A stretch of DNA of 27,558 bases from a virus (taxonomy: Duplodnaviria; Caudoviricetes), in the IMG/VR virus record IMGVR_UViG_3300019875_000007, positions 1 through 27,558 of that record. One strand, written 5' to 3'. Made by a program: the position numbers and the translations under genes. Positions 23,644-27,558 of the stretch are shown piece by piece (the first letter of the stretch is position 1; the number at the start of each line of letters is the position of its first letter). The notes beneath the pieces are model-generated. The model had not been told where the DNA came from, searched no databases, and saw only the letters and a list, made by a program, of their open reading frames with translations.

Positions 23644-24990
23644 TCAGGTGGTCGGTGGGGTGGCGGCGGGTACCGGGTCCAGCTTGGCGACCGTGCCCGG
23701 CGGAAGCAGCTGCACCGACACGAGGCCGGTGTCCACCAGCAGCGTCCAGTCGCTGGCCGCAGTCGCCGCCACGATCGACGCCTTCTCCCACCCGGACGTG
23801 ACTAGGGTGCTCATCGTCGATGCCTCGATCTGCTTGATCAGGGCCGCGTCCTTGGCGTCCTCGCGCAGATACGGAATGTCCCGGGCGTCGTACCAGAGGT
23901 CCGCGCCCGACGGGACCGCCACGATCGAGGCCAGCGCCGCCGACACCGAGCGCCACAGCGGGCGGATCGTGCCGTCAACGAAGTTGCGCTTGGCCGCCGC
24001 GTAGTTGCCGGCATTCAGGGACGAACCCTGCATGCCCTCGGACAGGCCCACGATCACGGGGTGGACGCGCAGCGCCGCCGCGATTCGGGTTTCCCCGGCG
24101 CCGACGATCGCCCGGTAGTCAAGTTGCTGCATGTCCGCGCTGGCCAGCGTCACATCAGCGCCACCACCCACGTACAGCGGCTTATACGCGTTCTCCGGCC
24201 CCACGTGCGTCTCGTCCGCCGCTGCCTTGAACTGGCGGAACTTCTCCACCGACACATCCGCGCCGAGCCGGAAGATCGGACCCAGCTTGGCGCCGTTCTT
24301 GAAGAACGCCAACTTGTGGGTTGTCGCGGCCTGGTCGGAGATGATCTCGCGGACGATCGGCGTCAGTGAGGACATGCCGCGGTACTCGGCGTCCGGGTCG
24401 GGGATCGGCGACCAGTGACACATCTCGTTGACCAGGTAGATCTGCGGCTCGTTGCGGCCGATGCCGCCCGGCCAGTAGGCGTAGCCCTCCACGTCGGAGG
24501 CCACCGCGATCTCCGGCGGGGCCGACAGAATGATCTGCACCCAGTCCGGACGGCGGCGGCGCAGCCGGTTGCCCTCACGCACGATGTAGGCGTTACCGGC
24601 CAGGTCGACATCGTTGATCATCCGGCTAAGCATCTCGCCGGTCGTGCCGTTGGGCCACGGGTGCTCGAGCACCGACAACGCCGAAGTGCCGAACAGGTCA
24701 CCCGGCCGGCCGTTCCTGAACTGCCGGAACTGGAACCGGGCCTCGCTGAAGACGAGTTGCCGCGCCACCATGCAGGCGAACACGACCCCGTCGGACTTGT
24801 AGAGGCCCTGCACGTAGCCGGAGAAGTTGTTCTCGATCTGCTCCCGGTCAGAACGCTGCCCCGACCAGCCGTTACCGCCGTACTGACTCAGCCACGGCAG
24901 CGATGCCGGCGAGAAGTCGCTGAAGTAGTCCTGACCGACGACGTAGCGCGTCTCCTCGCGGATCGCCGCCGCGCCCTCGAAGAGGCCCAT
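23644..24990 (-). CDS. Portal protein (HK97 family)
   Basis: VFACM, L.HP.P, LAGNAY, YRGMS.L, FFKNGA, IAAALRVHP.IVG. Confidence 0.93.
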   Translation of the reverse strand: MGLFEGAAAIREETRYVVGQDYFSDFSPASLPWLSQYGGNGWSGQRSDREQIENNFSGYVQGLYKSDGVVFACMVARQLVFSEARFQFRQFRNGRPGDLFGTSALSVLEHPWPNGTTGEMLSRMINDVDLAGNAYIVREGNRLRRRRPDWVQIILSAPPEIAVASDVEGYAYWPGGIGRNEPQIYLVNEMCHWSPIPDPDAEYRGMSSLTPIVREIISDQAATTHKLAFFKNGAKLGPIFRLGADVSVEKFRQFKAAADETHVGPENAYKPLYVGGGADVTLASADMQQLDYRAIVGAGETRIAAALRVHPVIVGLSEGMQGSSLNAGNYAAAKRNFVDGTIRPLWRSVSAALASIVAVPSGADLWYDARDIPYLREDAKDAALIKQIEASTMSTLVTSGWEKASIVAATAASDWTLLVDTGLVSVQLLPPGTVAKLDPVPAATPPTT

Positions 24991-25226
24991 CAGCGGGTCT
25001 CAGTCCCCGCCGGTCGGTGCGTGCCGGGCGGGTCAACCCGCTTGCTGGCGATCCGCCACCCGTAGACGCAGCCCGTCCACACCATCGACACCGCCACCCA
25101 GGCGAACCGGGCGGTGAACCCGACCACAAAGAACGGCAGCAGCACCAGCGTCAGGAAAACCTTCGCCGGGTCGAGTTCGCGGGCCTCGGCGCGGATCGCG
25201 TCGGCGTTGGCGTACAGCGTCGTCAT
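24990..25226 (-). CDS. Small membrane protein between TerL and portal
   Basis: ATG 25226 with GAGGGG RBS; hydrophobic VFLTLVLLPFFVVGF...WVAVSMVW. Confidence 0.7.
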   Translation of the reverse strand: MTTLYANADAIRAEARELDPAKVFLTLVLLPFFVVGFTARFAWVAVSMVWTGCVYGWRIASKRVDPPGTHRPAGTETR

Positions 25227-25239
25227 GACCCGCCCCTCG

Positions 25240-26781
25240 TCACAGCACCCACGGCGCCGGGTCATCCGGTCGGGTCATGAAGCCCCACACCGCGTTGGTT
25301 CCGGCGATGATCGGCGACAGATCGACAGAGGTCGCCAACGTGTCCCAGGTGGTGCCCTCGCGGCCCAGCGAGCGGGTCACCGCACCAGCCACCGCGGCCC
25401 TCAATAGGGGGCCGTACTGACCGTCATCGCGGTGCCATAGCCGCCACGCAGGCACCTCGCCTGAGCGGGTCAGGGCACCGTGCACCATGCCGTACGCCTG
25501 GCCGACCTCGCCCGCGGTCATCGTCTCGACCTCGATCTCAAGGGCGGGATCCTCGAGTGCGGCCCTCTTGATCGCGGCGGCCACCTCAACGACCAGGTTC
25601 GCACCGGCGCCGGCCTTGTCGATGACGAGCCGACACGGCTTGAGATCACGCACTGCGGTAACGACCGTGTCCGGCACCCAGTCCGTACCGGGCCCATGTG
25701 CGTAGACGCCGAAGGACAGGTCGCCGTCGGCACGGGCGCCGGCCGCGCCAATGCAGGTGGTGCGACGGTCGGGGGTGGTGTAGACGGCCAGCGAGACCGG
25801 GTCCTGGGCGGCGGAGGTGGGGTCGAGGGTGGCGTCCCACTGGGGCTCGGTGATGACCTGCCAGGACTCAGTGGCATCGGCGGGCCACAGGCCCAGCCGC
25901 TCGATCGAGAACTTCGCCGGCCCCAACGCGGCCAACTCGGCACGCACGTAGTCCTCGGCGATGCGGATCCCCAACGCCGGGTTGCATGCGTACCAGATCT
26001 CGATGTCGGTCGGATCCTCGCCGGGCCGCATCGACCAGTCGTGATAGGCCAACCTGCCCGGATCCCCGCTCGCTACCGCCGCGAGCGCCCGCTTGTGCAC
26101 ACCCGGCAGGACTGCGTCCTCGGGTTCAGGCATCGTGTCGGGATCGGGCACCGTGGAGAACAGGTTCATCTGCGGGTTTGGCTGCGCGGACATCGTCGGC
26201 AGCAACGCGGCGAGCTGGGTGAGGGTCAACGCATACGACTCGTCGAGAATGTTGCGCTGACCGGTGAAGCCGCGGCCCGAACCCTTGGATCTGGCCACGA
26301 ACCGCAGGCGGGCGCCGTCCATCAGGATGATCTGCTGCTCGCCGTTGGCCTCGCGGATCGCCTTGACATAGCGGCTCAGGTCAGAGCAGCCGTCGATCAG
26401 GGCTTTAATCCGCAGGAACGCCTCTTGTGCGGTCTTGTACTCGTGCGCCGAGTGCAGGATCAACCGCTCACCGAACAGGAACAGCCCGCCGAGCTCGATC
26501 GTTTCGATGATGCCGCCCTTGCCCTGCTGGCGCTGGGCAATCGTGCAGGTCTCGAACGCGGCCCACAAGCCGCCGTCGTTGGTACCGAGGATGTCGCAGA
26601 CCGTGTCGGCCTGCCAGGGGTCGTTGATCAGGCCGGCTTGAGCGGCTAGATCAATAGCCTCGGGACCAAGCGTCGAGGTGTAGTTGGGAACGCTACGAAG
26701 ACGCGGGGACTGGCATCCGATTCTTCCGTCGCGCGGCCAGTTCATCGCGCTTGGCGGAGGCGCGAGCAACGATGTCGTCAA
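25240..26781 (-). CDS. terL: Terminase large subunit
   Basis: DPWQ Q-motif, RQQGKG Walker A, HSAH, GRGF...ILDE Walker B, WYACNPALG, ERLG.W. Start is TTG 26781 or ATG 26745. Confidence 0.92.
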   Translation of the reverse strand: MTTSLLAPPPSAMNWPRDGRIGCQSPRLRSVPNYTSTLGPEAIDLAAQAGLINDPWQADTVCDILGTNDGGLWAAFETCTIAQRQQGKGGIIETIELGGLFLFGERLILHSAHEYKTAQEAFLRIKALIDGCSDLSRYVKAIREANGEQQIILMDGARLRFVARSKGSGRGFTGQRNILDESYALTLTQLAALLPTMSAQPNPQMNLFSTVPDPDTMPEPEDAVLPGVHKRALAAVASGDPGRLAYHDWSMRPGEDPTDIEIWYACNPALGIRIAEDYVRAELAALGPAKFSIERLGLWPADATESWQVITEPQWDATLDPTSAAQDPVSLAVYTTPDRRTTCIGAAGARADGDLSFGVYAHGPGTDWVPDTVVTAVRDLKPCRLVIDKAGAGANLVVEVAAAIKRAALEDPALEIEVETMTAGEVGQAYGMVHGALTRSGEVPAWRLWHRDDGQYGPLLRAAVAGAVTRSLGREGTTWDTLATSVDLSPIIAGTNAVWGFMTRPDDPAPWVL

Positions 26782-27013
26782 CTGCGGTCGCCTCCTTGCC
26801 GCCAGGCAGCGCCTCGAGTGCGTCGAGCACCGCGCGCAATTCCTTGACGATGGCGACCCGGGTGCGTCCGTCGCCCATTCCGCAGACGCATCGGCACTCG
26901 GCCTTGTGCTTCTCCCAGGTGACGTCGTCCGCGTCGGCGGCGAGCAGGTCCCGGATGGCTTCCAGTGACTGGCGGAGGTCACCGGATGACAGGACTTTAG
27001 AGAAGGACGTCAT
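26693..27013 (-). CDS. terS: Terminase small subunit
   Basis: GD.RQSLEAIRD.LA...KELRAVL..L...VDDI..R; overlaps the TerL start. Confidence 0.75.
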   Translation of the reverse strand: MTSFSKVLSSGDLRQSLEAIRDLLAADADDVTWEKHKAECRCVCGMGDGRTRVAIVKELRAVLDALEALPGGKEATAVDDIVARASAKRDELAARRKNRMPVPASS

Positions 27014-27026
27014 GGCGACCTACGAA

Positions 27027-27383
27027 CTACGAATAGCCGCCGACGAACTGCGCCACCCGGAAATCGATCCTGGCCAAGCCATTGCTTCCGAGCGCGAACC
27101 ATTCTGTCCACCCCTGACCACCTGGGCGTCGCGATTGAATCACGAATCCTTCGCGAGGAAGTCGAGAGCGAGCAAACTGCGCGTGAAGAAAGTATTCAAG
27201 CTGACGCGCATGGGGCACGCGATATTCCCTCAATGCAATCAATGCACTGGCCCGAATGCCGTGCGGAAGATATGCGGTCCGAAGTTCCTTGAGGCGACGG
27301 TCCAAGTCTGCCGCATAGCCGATCTTGACCGTGTTGTTGGCGGCGTTGCCGATGACGTAGACGAGTCCCATATCGTTATTCAT
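27027..27383 (-). CDS. GIY-YIG / T5orf172-family nuclease
   Basis: VYVIG.....VKIGY..DL.RRL.EL....E..LH..F...R...EWF; lower GC than the flanking genes. Confidence 0.82.
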   Translation of the reverse strand: MNNDMGLVYVIGNAANNTVKIGYAADLDRRLKELRTAYLPHGIRASALIALREYRVPHARQLEYFLHAQFARSRLPREGFVIQSRRPGGQGWTEWFALGSNGLARIDFRVAQFVGGYS

Positions 27384-27558
27384 GTCGGCCTGCTTCTCTC
27401 AGGTTGACCATGCCCCGGGACCGTTAGCGCGGTCGCCGGGGCGTCCTATGTGGACAATATTACTCTAGGTTACCCATCTTGGACTGGTGACTCTCGGTGA
27501 CGGAAGTAGTAATAGGGTTCTCAGTCAAAAATCGATGGAGAGAGATCTGCCCGGGGAC

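Noticed and set aside
24990-25226. Membrane ORF between terminase and portal
   Set aside because: A common arrangement in HK97-like head modules.
26510-26535. TerL Walker A reads RQQGKG rather than GKT/S
   Set aside because: Such variants occur in actinophage terminases and the other motifs are intact.

Overview
About 27.6 kb of a high-GC temperate actinobacteriophage (siphovirus-type, HK97-fold head). The host is probably a filamentous actinomycete, inferred from DUF397, DUF2637 and GntR genes. On the minus strand, from 27.4 kb down to 7.3 kb, lies a complete virion and lysis operon: GIY-YIG/T5orf172, TerS, TerL, portal, protease, capsid, neck genes, tail tube, a tail chaperone with a -1 frameshift, tape measure, tail tip genes, endolysin, several small membrane proteins and two DUF397-type genes. 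It ends in a cluster of three tRNA or tRNA-like RNAs and a terminator. An accessory island at 4.0-6.9 kb carries a GntR regulator, an array of RNA hairpins, an AlpA-like HTH gene with its own operators, a stand-alone AP2 domain and DUF2637. At 2.3-4.0 kb is an immunity/integration cassette (Cro-like gene, repressor and short tyrosine integrase, the last two ending in -AA). The start of the early right arm includes an HNH gene that appears to have captured the 5' end of its neighbour. The most unusual items are the tRNA-like RNAs with replaced anticodon arms, the hairpin array with a repeated loop motif, the HNH 5'-end capture, the multi-motif DUF397 genes and a split tail-tip protein. All family calls come from motif recognition by eye; no database search was run.
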